Assembly (NCBI GenBank): GCA_963826115.1
Contig: CAWGVS010000005.1
Location: 896,001 to 960,000, forward strand
Length of the DNA: 64,000 nt
Direction: 5' to 3'
Origin: an uncultured Candidatus Rokubacteria bacterium
GTDB lineage: Bacteria > Methylomirabilota > Methylomirabilia > Rokubacteriales > DASRDR01
The position numbers were made by a program, and so were the translations under genes. Positions 1 through 15,264 of this stretch are shown here, piece by piece. The notes beneath the pieces were generated by a model. The model searched no databases and had not been told where the DNA came from. It saw nothing but the letters and a program-made list of their open reading frames with translations. Each line of letters starts with the position of its first letter. The first letter of the stretch is position 1.

Positions 1-880
1 GCACGTGGAAGCGCTTGTGCATCGACAGCTCGTGGAGGATGTCGCTCGCCGGCGTGATCGGGTAGGCGCCGTAGACGACGGGCAGGCCGGTCCGCTGCGC
101 GGCGGCCAGGATCCCCCAGGACAGCGCGCGGTTCCCGGTCATGCTGCGGTAGACGCCGGGCGCCATCTCCGCGGGCTCGACGCCGTAGCACTCCGCGAAG
201 ATCTCCGCGGTCTCGCCGAAGTGGTAGCCGGCCTTCAGCGCCCGCGTGTTCGCCTCGGCGACGTCGGCGTTCTTCGTGAAGCGCTTCTTGATCCAGTCCA
301 GCGTCGGCTCGATGGGCCGCGTGTAGATCCACGACGTCAGCCCCAGCGCGAAGAAGTTCTTGCAGCGGTCCTTCTCCTTCGCGTTGAGCGGCAGGCCCGC
401 CAGGGCGTCGATGGTGAGTCGCGTGATGTCGATCTTGTGGGTCCGGTATCGCTGCTCGAGAGTCGCATCCTCGAGCGGGTTGGTCGCGTATCCGGCCCGG
501 TCGAGGTTCTTCTTCTCGAACGCGCTCGTGTTGATGATGAGGAGCCCGCCCTCCTTCAGATCCGACAGGTGGACCTTGAGGGCGGCGGGGTTCATCGCCA
601 CGAGGCAGTCGAGGCGGTCGCCCGGCGTGTACACCCGGCGGCTGCCGAACTGGAGCTGGAAGCTGGAGACGCCGAAGAGGGTGCCGGCCGGGGCGCGGAT
701 CTCGGCGGGGAAGTTCGGCAGCGTCGCGATGTCGTTCCCCGCCCACGCCGCCTCGGTGGTGAACTGCTCCCCGGTCAGCTGCATGCCGTCGCCCGAGTCC
801 CCCGCGAACCGCACGACGGCGCGATCGAGGATGCGCCTCGGCTTGACAGGGGGCGGCGCGGTGGCCGTGGTCTGGCTCAT
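1..880 (-). CDS. korA: 2-oxoacid:ferredoxin oxidoreductase alpha subunit (3' end outside window)
   Basis: Manual translation from ATG at 880: MSQTTATAPPPVKPRRILDRAVVRFAGDSGDGMQLTGEQFT...FPAEIRAPAGTL; GGAG RBS upstream; not in the ORF track because it runs off the window. Confidence 0.9.
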   Translation of the reverse strand, partial: MSQTTATAPPPVKPRRILDRAVVRFAGDSGDGMQLTGEQFTTEAAWAGNDIATLPNFPAEIRAPAGTLFGVSSFQLQFGSRRVYTPGDRLDCLVAMNPAALKVHLSDLKEGGLLIINTSAFEKKNLDRAGYATNPLEDATLEQRYRTHKIDITRLTIDALAGLPLNAKEKDRCKNFFALGLTSWIYTRPIEPTLDWIKKRFTKNADVAEANTRALKAGYHFGETAEIFAECYGVEPAEMAPGVYRSMTGNRALSWGILAAAQRTGLPVVYGAYPITPASDILHELSMHKRFHV

Positions 881-1101
881 GGAAAATCAGTCTCCTTGCG
901 TCGGATGGAGCCCGTCAGCGGGCTGGTACGACGGTCGGCGGGGACTCGGCGACATCGCGCCACCCGCTCGCGAGCACACGCGGCACATGGTACCCAAAGG
1001 CCCGCTCCATCGCAAGGTTAAGGGACACCTGGACGGCCCTTCTGGCCGCCCGGCCAGGCGGTGCGGCGAGCGATGGCGGGCATCGCGGCCAGCGCTACCC
1101 C

Positions 1102-2037
1102 TCAGGCCCGCTCCGCCTGGGTGGACAGCCCCCGCGCGCCGGCCGTGGCGGGCTCGTCCCCCGCCTTCCGGAGGACCTCGATGAAGCGGTCCACTGCGGG
1201 CGGCAGCCGCCGGCCCTTCCGGTGGATGATCGCCACCGGCCGCACGAGCCCGCCGATGGCGAGCGGCACCGCGCCGAGCGTCCGGATGCCGACCTCCTTC
1301 GCGACGGCGGGCCGGGGCAGGATGCTCACCCCGGCGGCGATGGCGATCGCCTGCTTGATCGTCTCGATGTTGTCGAACTGCATGACCACCTCGACGCGCA
1401 CCCCAGCCTGGCGCAGGACGCGGTCGATGGCGCGCCGGATGGGCAGGTCGTGATCGAAGGCGACGAACCGCTCGCCCTGGAGATCCGAGGCCTGAGCGAG
1501 GCGGCGCCGCGCCAGCCGATGGGACGGATGGCACACCAGCACCATGGGCTCCTCGCGGAGCGGCAGGACCTCGAGGGCCCGGCTCGCGGGCGGGTACGAC
1601 AGGATGCCGAGGTCGGCCTCGTCGGCGAGGACCGCCTCGACCACCTTCTGCGGGTGGAGGCACTGGAGCAGCACGCGCGCCTGCGGATGCATCGCCATGA
1701 ACGGCTGCATGTGCCGGCTCATGTCGTGGAGGCCGACCGAGTAGATCGCCGCTACCCGGACGGTGCCCTCCACCCGATGCCCGGACGTCGCCAGGTCCCC
1801 CCGGGCGCGGTCGAAGCTCTCGAGGAGGGCGCGGCAGGCCTCGTAGAAGGCGCGCCCCTCCGGGGTGGGCTGGAGCGGGCGGCGGGAACGGTCCAGCAGC
1901 TGGGCGCCGAGCTCCGTCTCGAGCTGCTGGATCGCCTGGCTCGCGGCCGACTGGGTCACCCCGCTCTCGGCGGCGCCCCGGGAGATGCTGCGGAGCCGCA
2001 CCACGTCGCAGAGGAGCTTGAGCGTCTCGAGCTGCAC
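1102..2037 (-). CDS. LysR-family transcriptional regulator, divergent from gltBD
   Basis: HTH SISRGAAESGVTQSAASQAIQQLETELG and LysR substrate domain (FDNIETIKQAIAIAAGVSILP); GTG 2037 start chosen (track starts at 2085). Confidence 0.9.
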   Translation of the reverse strand: MQLETLKLLCDVVRLRSISRGAAESGVTQSAASQAIQQLETELGAQLLDRSRRPLQPTPEGRAFYEACRALLESFDRARGDLATSGHRVEGTVRVAAIYSVGLHDMSRHMQPFMAMHPQARVLLQCLHPQKVVEAVLADEADLGILSYPPASRALEVLPLREEPMVLVCHPSHRLARRRLAQASDLQGERFVAFDHDLPIRRAIDRVLRQAGVRVEVVMQFDNIETIKQAIAIAAGVSILPRPAVAKEVGIRTLGAVPLAIGGLVRPVAIIHRKGRRLPPAVDRFIEVLRKAGDEPATAGARGLSTQAERA

Positions 2038-2052
2038 GGCGCGAGCGTACAC

Positions 2053-2069
2053 CATTAACGAATCTAATG
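2053..2069. promoter_or_regulatory. LysR-type T-N11-A binding box
   Basis: CATTA-acgaatc-TAATG dyad in the AT-rich LysR/gltB intergenic region. Confidence 0.6.
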
Positions 2070-2091
2070 CAGCGATTTTCGACATTTGGGC

Positions 2092-2120
2092 TTGGCTAAT
2101 GCTTCGCGCTACGATAGTCT
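2092..2120 (+). promoter_or_regulatory. Putative sigma70 promoter of gltBD
   Basis: TTGGCT-N17-TAGTCT. Confidence 0.45.
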
Positions 2121-2186
2121 CCAGCCACCGGCGTTCCGCGGCGCCGGCGAGGGCGGCCCGTGCGGTCGCCCCGGGAGAGTGAGCCG

Positions 2187-6749
<4,563 letters not shown>

Positions 6750-6753
6750 CCGG

Positions 6754-8202
6754 ATGGGCAAGGTCACCGGCTTCCTCGAGTTCGCGCGCGACAAGCAGCC
6801 CTACCGGCCGGTCGCGGAGCGCCTCGCCGACTGGCGGCAGGTCATGCTGCCGTGGCCCGTGGCGAAGCTCCAGACCCAGGCCGCCCGGTGCATGGACTGC
6901 GGCATCCCCTTCTGCCACCAGGGGTGCCCGCTCGGGAACCTGATCCCCGACTGGAACGACCTCGTCTACCGGAACGACTGGCGGGAGGCCATCGACCGTC
7001 TCCACGCCACGAACAACTTCCCGGAGTTCACCGGGACCCTCTGCCCCGCCCCGTGCGAGGGCTCCTGCGTGCTGGGCATCAACGACGACCCGGTGACGAT
7101 CAAGCCCATCGAGCTCACGATCGTCGACCGGGCGTTCGCCGAGGGCTGGATCGTGCCCGAGCCCGCGGCCGTCCGGACCGGGAAGCGCGTCGCGGTCGTC
7201 GGCTCCGGGCCCGCCGGGCTCGCCGCGGCGCAGCAGCTCTGCCGGGCGGGCCATGGCGTCACGGTCTTCGAGCGGGCCGACCGGATCGGCGGCCTCCTCC
7301 GCTACGGGATTCCCGAGTTCAAGATGGAGAAGCGCGCCCTCGACCGCCGCCTCGACCAGATGCGGGCCGAGGGCGTCGAGTTCGTGACCCGCGCCCACGT
7401 GGGCGTCGACGTCGACCCCGAGCGCCTCCGCCAGGACCACGACGCGGTGCTCCTCGCGGGCGGCGCCTGCCACGCGCGCGACCTGCCCATCCCGGGCCGC
7501 GAGCTCGAGGGGATCCACTTCGCGATGGAGTACCTCCCGCTCCAGAACCGTTGCTGCGAGGGCGACGCCGTCGCGGACGAGGACTTCATCACGGCTCGCG
7601 ACAAGCACGTGGTGATCCTGGGCGGGGGCGACACCGGCGCCGACTGCCTCGGCACGGTGCACCGGCAGGGCGCGCGGTCGGTCCACCAGATGGAGATCCT
7701 GCCCCGGCCCCCGGATCGGCGCGCGACGGACAACCCCTGGCCCCAGTACCCGAACGTCTACCGGGTCTCGTCGGCCCACGAGGAAGGCGGGGAGCGCGTC
7801 TACGCGGTCTCGACGAAGCGCTTCCTGGGCGACGCGCGCGGGCGCGTCACCGGCCTCGAGGCGATCCGCGTCGAGGTGGCCCGGGAGAATGGCCGGCCGG
7901 TCTTTCGCGACGTGCCCGGATCCGAGCACACGCTGCCGTGCGACCTGGTGCTCCTGGCCATGGGATTCCTCGGCCCGGAGCGCCACGGCATGCTCGAGAA
8001 GCTCGGCGTCCGCCTGACCGAGCGCGGCAACGTCTGGCGCGACGCGAGCTGGATGACGAGCGTCCCCGGCGTCTTCACCGCGGGCGACATGCAGCGCGGA
8101 CAGTCGCTGATCGTCTGGGCGATCGCCGAGGGCCGGAGCGCGGCCCGGGGCGTCGACCAGTACCTGATGGGCCGCTCCGATCTTCCCGCCCCCCTCGTCT
8201 AG
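6754..8202 (+). CDS. gltD: Glutamate synthase small subunit
   Basis: [54 protein letters not shown]. Confidence 0.97.
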   Translation: MGKVTGFLEFARDKQPYRPVAERLADWRQVMLPWPVAKLQTQAARCMDCGIPFCHQGCPLGNLIPDWNDLVYRNDWREAIDRLHATNNFPEFTGTLCPAPCEGSCVLGINDDPVTIKPIELTIVDRAFAEGWIVPEPAAVRTGKRVAVVGSGPAGLAAAQQLCRAGHGVTVFERADRIGGLLRYGIPEFKMEKRALDRRLDQMRAEGVEFVTRAHVGVDVDPERLRQDHDAVLLAGGACHARDLPIPGRELEGIHFAMEYLPLQNRCCEGDAVADEDFITARDKHVVILGGGDTGADCLGTVHRQGARSVHQMEILPRPPDRRATDNPWPQYPNVYRVSSAHEEGGERVYAVSTKRFLGDARGRVTGLEAIRVEVARENGRPVFRDVPGSEHTLPCDLVLLAMGFLGPERHGMLEKLGVRLTERGNVWRDASWMTSVPGVFTAGDMQRGQSLIVWAIAEGRSAARGVDQYLMGRSDLPAPLV

Positions 8203-8384
8203 CGTTTCCTCGTCGCCGGCCCGGCCAGGCCACTCGCTGCCGGGAACAGCTCGACCGGAGGCCTTCGGCGCGTTCGCAGGATCTCAGGGGGCCCGATGGG
8301 CTAGAATTGGACCGCCCGGAGGTCGCGTCCCGACCGTCACGGTCTGGCCGTTCCAGTGCTGTTTGCCAGGCGAGGAGTGCCGGG

Positions 8385-8957
8385 ATGTTCACGTGGCCGC
8401 GTGCTAGGCGACTCGGTATGGCTGCTGGCGTGATTCTGTGCCTGGCGACCGGTGTCGCTGATGGTCAGATCAGCAAGCCGCCGCCGGGATCTCAGCAGGG
8501 TACCCCCGGTGGCGTCCTGACGGTGTCCTTGCCGGATCTGGTCATCCTGAAGTTCCACTTCGCCAAGGTCGAGTGCAAGCTTCCGGGCGACGGCAAGCCC
8601 GGGTACCGCGGCTGGTTCGAGCTCAAGAATCAGGGGCTCGGGGCGGCGGTACCGCCGAAGGACACCGACCGGATGCTGAACGTGTACTTCGGGGGGAAGG
8701 TGATCTCCTGGGATCCGTTCCACAACACCGTCCCGATCGCCTCTGGCCACGTGTGGGGCTCGGATCACTACATCCCGCAACCGGCCGGCGCTCCGCCCTA
8801 CACGATGGTCGCGCGCGTGGATCCCGACCAGGTCATTCTGGAAATGCAGGAGAGCAACAACGACTTTCCGTTTCAGATCACGCAGGACGCCCGACACAAC
8901 TGCCGGGCACAACAGCAGGTGCCGGGCGGCCCGAAAGTCCCTGCCCCGAAGCCCTGA
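8385..8957 (+). CDS. Secreted CARDB-like domain protein
   Basis: GAGGAG RBS, signal peptide, LPDLVI...ELKNQGLG...VDPDQVILEMQESNN motifs. Confidence 0.7.
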   Translation: MFTWPRARRLGMAAGVILCLATGVADGQISKPPPGSQQGTPGGVLTVSLPDLVILKFHFAKVECKLPGDGKPGYRGWFELKNQGLGAAVPPKDTDRMLNVYFGGKVISWDPFHNTVPIASGHVWGSDHYIPQPAGAPPYTMVARVDPDQVILEMQESNNDFPFQITQDARHNCRAQQQVPGGPKVPAPKP

Positions 8958-8972
8958 CGGAGGCTCGGCCTC

Positions 8973-9683
8973 CTAGCCTCCGGCGCCGCGCCAGACGGCG
9001 TAGCCCACGAAGAACGGGCCGAGCGTCTGGATGAACTCGGCGGTCTGGGCCGTCCGGCGCATGGTCTGCACGAGGTGCGAGAGCGGGTGGAGCTCCCGGC
9101 CCACCAGGCCGATCACGAAGTCGTTGTCGTGGGTGTCGAGCCCATGGCAGGCCAGGCGGACATCGTGGGCCAGGTCCGCCTCGCCGTACGTGCGGCCCAG
9201 CACGGCGTGCTCCTTCAGGATCGCTCCCTGCTCCTGGGGCGTGAGCCGCGCGAAGGTGCCGGTCCGGCGAAGGGGATACCAGATCGCCCAGGGCCATTCG
9301 GGGCTGAGAGCCGTCCGGCGCGGGCGGCCGAGCAGCCAATCCTCGAGATCGGCCTCGAAGCCGCTCGAGTACGTGCGTCCGAACATGGCCAGCTCGGGCT
9401 TCCGCCGGAGGCCCGCGAATGGCTCGCTCCCGAGGAGCTCGCGCCACCGACCCACGAAGAAGGCCGGATCCTCCGCGATGCCCAGGACGCCGACCCCGAG
9501 GGGATCGGCCGCGTCCGCGTAGAGGACGCCCTCGAGCCGCGCGCGCTCGAGCGCCTGGACGAGGCGCTTCGGGTCGTCGCACTCGCCGAAGGCCTGGAGC
9601 TGCATGTAGAGCCGGCGGGTCGACGTCTGCTGGTTTGCGCCGTGCTCCCGGACGTCCACGCGGCCGCCCTCGGGTTGGGCCAT
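8973..9683 (-). CDS. Chlorite dismutase/HemQ (ChdC)-family heme protein
   Basis: WYPLRRTGTFARL, ILKEHAVLG, HGLDTHDNDFVIGL, LGPFFVG; ATG at 9683. Confidence 0.8.
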   Translation of the reverse strand: MAQPEGGRVDVREHGANQQTSTRRLYMQLQAFGECDDPKRLVQALERARLEGVLYADAADPLGVGVLGIAEDPAFFVGRWRELLGSEPFAGLRRKPELAMFGRTYSSGFEADLEDWLLGRPRRTALSPEWPWAIWYPLRRTGTFARLTPQEQGAILKEHAVLGRTYGEADLAHDVRLACHGLDTHDNDFVIGLVGRELHPLSHLVQTMRRTAQTAEFIQTLGPFFVGYAVWRGAGG

Positions 9684-9700
9684 GGCTGGTCCTCCGAGCG

Positions 9701-11419
9701 TCAGCCGGCCGGGGCCGGCTCCGGCGACAGCCCCGCGCGCTGATGCTCGCGGACCAGGCCGGCCTTGCGCACGCCGACGTCGAGGTGATCCCAGGGCATG
9801 GTCTCGTCGAGCCCGCGCTCGCGGTGCGTGTAGAAGTCCGGATCGCCCGTCCACTCGCGGAGCGCCGTCCGCCAGTCGCCCTCGAGCCGCGCGGCCTCCT
9901 CCAGGAAGTCCCCCACCCGCCGGTCGCCGCGCGCCAGGAGCGCCTGGAGGAACGCCTCGCGCGGGTTCTCGTGGAGGACCCGAACGTTGTAGAGGCGGCG
10001 GACGCCGGCCTTGATCGTGCGCAGCTTCGCGTCCAGCCGGTTGACCTGGTCGAACGCGGCCCACTGGAACGGCGTCCACGGCTTCGGCACGAACGAGCTG
10101 ATCGAGAGGGTCAGCCGCCCGAACGGCTCGCCCTGGGGCGACGGCCGCCTGAGCCGCTCGAGGAGCCGGGCGGCGAGGGCTGGAATCGCCTCGATGTCCT
10201 CGTCCGTCTCGGTCGGGAGCCCGATCATGAAGTACGTCTTGAGGTTCGGGATGCCGTGGGCGCGGACGAGGTCGCAGGCCTCGTAGATCTGGGCGTCGGA
10301 GATGTCCTTCCGAATGACGTGCCGGAGTCGCTCCGTGCCTGCCTCCGGCGCCACGGTCAGCGTGCGGTGCCCGCCCTTCTTGAGCGAGGAGACCAGCTCC
10401 TCGGTCAGGCTGTCCGCCCGGATCGACGAGATGGAGACCTCGAGCCCCTCCTCCGCGAGGACGCTCATCAGGCCGCCGATCCACGGGTAGTCGGAGACGC
10501 ACGCGCCGACGAGCCCGACGCGGGTCGACTCCTTCTTGATCTCGCGGATGGTCTCCCGGAGCGTCTCGAGGCTCCGGTGGCGGACCGGCCGGTAGATCTG
10601 GCCCTCGAGGCAGAACCGGCAGCCGCGCCCGCACCCCTTCCCCACCTCGAGGAGGGCGAGGTGGCCGTACTCCGCGTTCGGCGTCCGGAGGAGCGAGATC
10701 GTCCGGAAGTCGTCGACCTTCTTGAGGCGTCGCTTCGTCACCACCGCCGGCACCCCGGCGTCGGGGCGCACGGCGTCGATCGTGCCGTCGTCCCGGTACG
10801 CCACCTGGTAGCGCTGCGGCACGTAGATTCCGGGGACCGGCGCCAGGCGGTCCAGGAGGTCCTCGCGCCGCCGGGCGGCAAGCGACACCTGGCCGAAGGC
10901 GTCCCGGTAGGCGGCCACGATCTCCCCGACGATCTCCTCACCCTCGCCGACGACCACGAAGTCCATGAACGGGGCGACGGGCTCGGGGTTCGCGAAGGCG
11001 CAGACGCCGCCCATCAGGACGAAGGGGTCCTCGGGGCTGCGGTTCTCCGGGCGGCTGGGGATCCCCGCCATCCGCATGAGCCGGAGGGTGTTGATGTAGT
11101 CCCCCTCGTAGGTGATCGAGAAGCCGACCAGGTCGAACTCCCGGAGGTGGCGCTTGGATTCGAGAGAGAACGGCGCCGTACCCGTCCGCTGGTACTCCGG
11201 GAGGTCCTCCGGGTCCGGCAGGAACACCCGCTCGCAGACCACGTCGGGGAGGGCGTTCAGGTGGCGGTAGATCGTCTGGAAGCCGAGGTTCGACATCCCG
11301 ACCGCGTAGGTGTTCGGGTAGACCAGCGCGAACGAGACGCGGCCCCCCCAGTCCTTCCGGATGGTGCCGCTTTCCTGCGAGAGCAGGCGGTCAGCTTTTT
11401 CCTTGAGATTCCACGACAT
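9701..11419 (-). CDS. Radical SAM protein with B12-binding-like N-terminus (TIGR03960-like)
   Basis: YPNTYAVGMSNLG, GCGRGCRFC (CxxxCxxC), APEAGTERLR, FVPKPWTPFQW. Confidence 0.88.
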   Translation of the reverse strand: MSWNLKEKADRLLSQESGTIRKDWGGRVSFALVYPNTYAVGMSNLGFQTIYRHLNALPDVVCERVFLPDPEDLPEYQRTGTAPFSLESKRHLREFDLVGFSITYEGDYINTLRLMRMAGIPSRPENRSPEDPFVLMGGVCAFANPEPVAPFMDFVVVGEGEEIVGEIVAAYRDAFGQVSLAARRREDLLDRLAPVPGIYVPQRYQVAYRDDGTIDAVRPDAGVPAVVTKRRLKKVDDFRTISLLRTPNAEYGHLALLEVGKGCGRGCRFCLEGQIYRPVRHRSLETLRETIREIKKESTRVGLVGACVSDYPWIGGLMSVLAEEGLEVSISSIRADSLTEELVSSLKKGGHRTLTVAPEAGTERLRHVIRKDISDAQIYEACDLVRAHGIPNLKTYFMIGLPTETDEDIEAIPALAARLLERLRRPSPQGEPFGRLTLSISSFVPKPWTPFQWAAFDQVNRLDAKLRTIKAGVRRLYNVRVLHENPREAFLQALLARGDRRVGDFLEEAARLEGDWRTALREWTGDPDFYTHRERGLDETMPWDHLDVGVRKAGLVREHQRAGLSPEPAPAG

Positions 11420-11537
11420 GCAGGACTCAGCCTAACAGACGGCCGGAACGAGGGCAAGGAAGGCCCAGGCCGGCGGTGCGAGCTCGTCGGCCATGGATCG
11501 GCCCGGTCGCGAAGCGGGAGAACGCAGAGCTGGCCGC

Positions 11538-12662
11538 CTAGCGGCGGCCGGGGACCGGTGGCGCGGCCTTGCGCGTGGCGACGTCCTGGGCCATCGAGAG
11601 GCGCTCGACCTCCACCTCGAAGTCGGTCTGCGAGGTCGCGGTGCGCCGGGCCTCCTCGTAGGAGACCATGCCCTTCAGGTGCCACTCGATCGCGCTCTGG
11701 TTGAACGACTGCATCCCGTAGGTATCCCGGCCCTCGGCGATCACCTGCGACAGCTGCATGGTCCGGGTGGGCTCCTCGATGCAGCGCTGGACGGTCAGCG
11801 TCCCGACGAGCACCTCCACCGCCGGGATCAGGCCGGGCTCGTCCGACCGCTCCATGAGCCGCTGCGAGACGACGCCCCGCAGGACCTGGCCGAGCTGCTG
11901 GCGGATCTGCCGCTCGTAGTCCGGCGGGAACTGGGAGATGATCCGGTTCACCGTCTCGGCCGCCGTGATCGTGTGGAGCGTCGAGAGGACCAGGTGGCCC
12001 GTCTCCGCCAGCGTGAGCACGGTCTGCATCGTCTCCACGTCCCGCATCTCGCCGACCATGACGACGTTCGGGTCCTGCCGGAGGCAGATGCGGAGCGCCT
12101 CGGCGAACCCCGGGGCGTCCATCCCGACCTCGCGCTGCGTGATGATGCTGGCGCCGTCCTCGAACAGGTACTCGATCGGGTCCTCGATCGTGACGATATG
12201 ATCGGCGCGATGGTGGTTCATGTGGTTGACCATCGACGCCAGCGTCGTCGTCTTGCCGGAGCCCGCGGGCCCCGTCACCAGGACCAGCCCACGGGGCTCC
12301 ATGGCCAGCTTCGCCACGACCGGGGGGAGGTGGAGCTCCTCGAACGTCGGGGGCTCGTAGGGGACGACGCGGAGCGCGATGCCGATGTTCGCGCGCGCCC
12401 GGAAGATGCTGGCGCGGAACCGCCCGATGCCGGCCACCGTGTACTGGACGTCGACGCCGCCATCCCGGTCGAACCGCTGGCGCTGGAGGTGGTTGAGCAT
12501 CGCCCCGGCCATCTGCTCGAGGTCCTTCCCGTCGAGCAAGGGCCAGTTCTCGAGCCGCTTCAGGTGGCCGCGCACCCGGAGGATGGGGTGCTGCCGCGCC
12601 TTGAGATGGACGTCGGACGCGCCCAGGCTCATGGCCTCCCGCAGGACGCCGGCCAGCTCCAT
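11538..12662 (-). CDS. pilT: PilT/PilU-family type IV pilus retraction ATPase
   Basis: GASDVHL, Walker A GPAGSGKTTT, TIEDPIEY, LRQDPNVVMVGEMRD, GHLVLSTLHT, GMQSFNQ. Confidence 0.9.
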   Translation of the reverse strand: MELAGVLREAMSLGASDVHLKARQHPILRVRGHLKRLENWPLLDGKDLEQMAGAMLNHLQRQRFDRDGGVDVQYTVAGIGRFRASIFRARANIGIALRVVPYEPPTFEELHLPPVVAKLAMEPRGLVLVTGPAGSGKTTTLASMVNHMNHHRADHIVTIEDPIEYLFEDGASIITQREVGMDAPGFAEALRICLRQDPNVVMVGEMRDVETMQTVLTLAETGHLVLSTLHTITAAETVNRIISQFPPDYERQIRQQLGQVLRGVVSQRLMERSDEPGLIPAVEVLVGTLTVQRCIEEPTRTMQLSQVIAEGRDTYGMQSFNQSAIEWHLKGMVSYEEARRTATSQTDFEVEVERLSMAQDVATRKAAPPVPGRR

Positions 12663-12859
12663 CGCCCCCCCTGACTCCGACCCGACGAGACTGGAATCCC
12701 GGCCGCGCGACGCGCGAGGCGGGTGAGTGCCGAGTTCATTCTGTTCGTCGGGCCCTGCAGAAGTCAAGGTTTGCGGGGGTCCCCGCGACCCGTGCGAAAA
12801 TGACCCGCGGAGACGCGCGGTGCCGGACCCGGATCCGGCGTCCCCCGCCCCCAGATGAG

Positions 12860-13126
12860 ATGCCGCACCCGAGGATGCTCGCCCGCGTCGTCGCTCGGTG
12901 GCTCGCGCCGACCGCGCTCGGACTCGTCGCGCGCGCCGCCCTGGCGGACCACTTCGCCCCCGTCTCGCCAAAGCGCGGGTTCGACTGGATGACCTGGCTC
13001 CTCGTGGCCGGCGCGGTCGCGGCCGTCGGCCTGGCGGCCTGGGCCTTCTTCGCGCCGGAGCGCCCCGACTCGGGCCCGGAGCGACGAGGGCCCGAGCCGG
13101 CGGAGCCGGAGTCGACGCGACGATGA
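12860..13126 (+). CDS. Small hypothetical membrane protein
   Basis: Signal-like ARAALA followed by TM segment WLLVAGAVAAVGLAAWAFF; leads the copper cluster; start uncertain (12860 or 12875). Confidence 0.5.
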   Translation: MPHPRMLARVVARWLAPTALGLVARAALADHFAPVSPKRGFDWMTWLLVAGAVAAVGLAAWAFFAPERPDSGPERRGPEPAEPESTRR

Positions 13127-13184
13127 TCCGGCGGTCCGGGCTCCCTCGGCCGGTCTCCCGCACCCTCTCCGCCTGAGCGGGTTC

Positions 13185-15224
13185 GTGGAGACGTACGGCG
13201 TCGTCGTCCGGTGGTTGCACGCGGCCGGCGCGGTCACGCTGGTCGGCGCGTTCACGTCCTTCCTGCTGGTCGCGCGGCCGGCCGCGCGCGCCGCCGGCGA
13301 CGCGGGGCACGAGCGCCTGCCGGAGCTCGACCGGCGCATCATGACGCTCGCCCGGATCGCGCTCGCGGTCACGCTGGTCGCCGCCGGGTTGGACCTCTGG
13401 CGCCAGGTGGGCGTGGCCACGGGCGCGGGCCTCCTCGAGAGCCTGGATCCCGGGCGGATCGTGTCCGTCCTCGCCGACACCCGCTACGGGATCGTGTGGC
13501 TCGCGCGGACCGGGCTCCTGCTCCTCCTGGCGGCCTTCCTCCTCCTGGCCGACGAGCGCGGCGAGAGCGACTGGCTCGCGCTCCGCGTCGAGGCTCTCGG
13601 TCTGTCGGCCGCGGCCCTCCTCCTGGGCGCCCTGGCCGGCCATGCCGCCGCGGCCGAGGTGAGCGCGCTCGCCGTGTCGTTCGACGCGCTGCACCTTCTG
13701 GCCACGGGCGTGTGGGCCGGAGGCCTCCTGCCGCTGGCGCTCTGTCTTGCGTGGGCGCGCGGGTTGCCGAGCTCGGCCGCGGCCGCGCGGGCCGCCGAGC
13801 GCTTCTCGAGGCTCGGTCTCGGCGCCGTCTCCGTGCTCGTCGTGACCGGCGGGTTCGCCGTGTGGCAGCAGGTGGGCGGCGTGCCCGCCGCCATCGGTAC
13901 CGTGTACGGGCGCTGGCTTCTGGTGAAGCTCGTCCTCGTGGCGGCCTTGATCCCCATCGCGGCGCGGAATCTCCTCGTCTGGCGGCGTCGCCTCGCCGCA
14001 CCGGGCCCGGAGAGCGCTGCCGCGGCGACCGCGCTCCTCAGGAACGTGTGGCGTGAGGCGGTTCTGGTGGCGGCGATCCTCGGTGTCGTCGCCGTGATGG
14101 GGCTGACGACGCCCGCGCTCCACGACGACGTCGTGTGGCCCCTCTCGTTCCGGTTCGACTGGGCCGCGACGAAGGCTCTCCCCGGCGTCCAGCCGCGCGT
14201 CGCGATCGGCAGCCAGGTCGCGACGCTCGGGCTCGTCGCCCTCCTCCTGGCCCTCCTGATCCGGCCGCGACGGTGGCGTGTCGCCGCGCTCGCGGGCGGG
14301 ATCGCGCTCGCGCTCGGCGCGACGGTCGCGCTCCACCCGCTGGCCGTCGACGCGAACCCCTCGACGTACGTGCGGCCGACGGTGCCGTACGCGGCCGCGT
14401 CGATCGTCCAGGGCCGGGCGATCTACCGGGCGAACTGCGAGGCGTGCCACGGCGTCGCCGGGTTCGGCGACGGCCCGGCGGGGAAGGGCCTGCCGCGCCC
14501 CCCGGCGGACCTCACCGCGCAGCACGCGGCGGACCACACGGCCGGCGATCTCTTCTGGTGGCTGTCCCACGGCATTCCCGGAAGCGGGATGCCCGGGTTC
14601 GCCGACCGGCTGAGCCCCGAGGAACGCTGGGACGCGATCAACTTTGTCCGCGCGCTGGGCGGGGCCGAGCGGTCGCGGGACCTCGGGCCGGTGGCCACCG
14701 CGCGTCCGGCGGTCGTCGCGCCCGACTTCACGTTCACGACCGGGGTCGGCGAGGGGCGGTCGCTTCGAGACTGGCGGGGCAGCGGGGTGGTGCTCCTGGT
14801 CTTCTTCACGCTCCCCGGCTCCGCGGACCGGCTCGCGGAGCTGAACCGGTTGCCGATGACCTTCAAGCTCCGGGGCGGCGAGATCGTGGGCGTCCCGCTC
14901 GGCGACGCGAGCGCAGTGTACCGGGAGCTGGCCGGCCGTTCGGTCTTTTTCCCGCTGGCGGTGGAGGGCGCGGCGGAGGCGGGCGAGACGTACATGCTGT
15001 TCCGGCGGGACCTGACGCCGGACGGTCTCAAGCCCGAGCCGCCGCCGGCGCGCCACATGGAGCTCCTGGTGGACCGGCAGGGCTACCTCCGGGCCCGCTG
15101 GATCCCGCGCGACCTCGGGCGCGAACGGGAGGGATGGGCCGACCTGAACCGTCTCCTCGAGGAAGTGGACCGGCTGTCTCGTGAGGTCCCGGTCGCGCCC
15201 ATCGCGGCCGAGCACGTGCACTGA
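13185..15224 (+). CDS. CopD-family membrane protein fused to cytochrome c and a redoxin-like domain
   Basis: VRWLH, LAGHAAA, DALHLLATGVWAGGL, YGRWLLVK (CopD); CEACHG heme motif; APDFTF...LLVDRQGYLRARW; C-terminal EHVH. Confidence 0.85.
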   Translation: METYGVVVRWLHAAGAVTLVGAFTSFLLVARPAARAAGDAGHERLPELDRRIMTLARIALAVTLVAAGLDLWRQVGVATGAGLLESLDPGRIVSVLADTRYGIVWLARTGLLLLLAAFLLLADERGESDWLALRVEALGLSAAALLLGALAGHAAAAEVSALAVSFDALHLLATGVWAGGLLPLALCLAWARGLPSSAAAARAAERFSRLGLGAVSVLVVTGGFAVWQQVGGVPAAIGTVYGRWLLVKLVLVAALIPIAARNLLVWRRRLAAPGPESAAAATALLRNVWREAVLVAAILGVVAVMGLTTPALHDDVVWPLSFRFDWAATKALPGVQPRVAIGSQVATLGLVALLLALLIRPRRWRVAALAGGIALALGATVALHPLAVDANPSTYVRPTVPYAAASIVQGRAIYRANCEACHGVAGFGDGPAGKGLPRPPADLTAQHAADHTAGDLFWWLSHGIPGSGMPGFADRLSPEERWDAINFVRALGGAERSRDLGPVATARPAVVAPDFTFTTGVGEGRSLRDWRGSGVVLLVFFTLPGSADRLAELNRLPMTFKLRGGEIVGVPLGDASAVYRELAGRSVFFPLAVEGAAEAGETYMLFRRDLTPDGLKPEPPPARHMELLVDRQGYLRARWIPRDLGREREGWADLNRLLEEVDRLSREVPVAPIAAEHVH

Positions 15225-15264
15225 TCGACATGCGCCGGTCGATCGGGCATGCTCCCCTCGGACC

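Noticed and set aside
9701-11419. Radical SAM enzyme as maturase of the peptide array
   Set aside because: It lies about 20 kb away, belongs to a widespread family, and shows no evident RRE or SPASM Cys motif.
15222-15245. Third selenoprotein (TGA-Ser-Thr-Cys after the CopD fusion)
   Set aside because: HVH looks like a natural C-terminus, there is no AGUU-loop hairpin, and read-through would run out of frame across the CusF-like gene.
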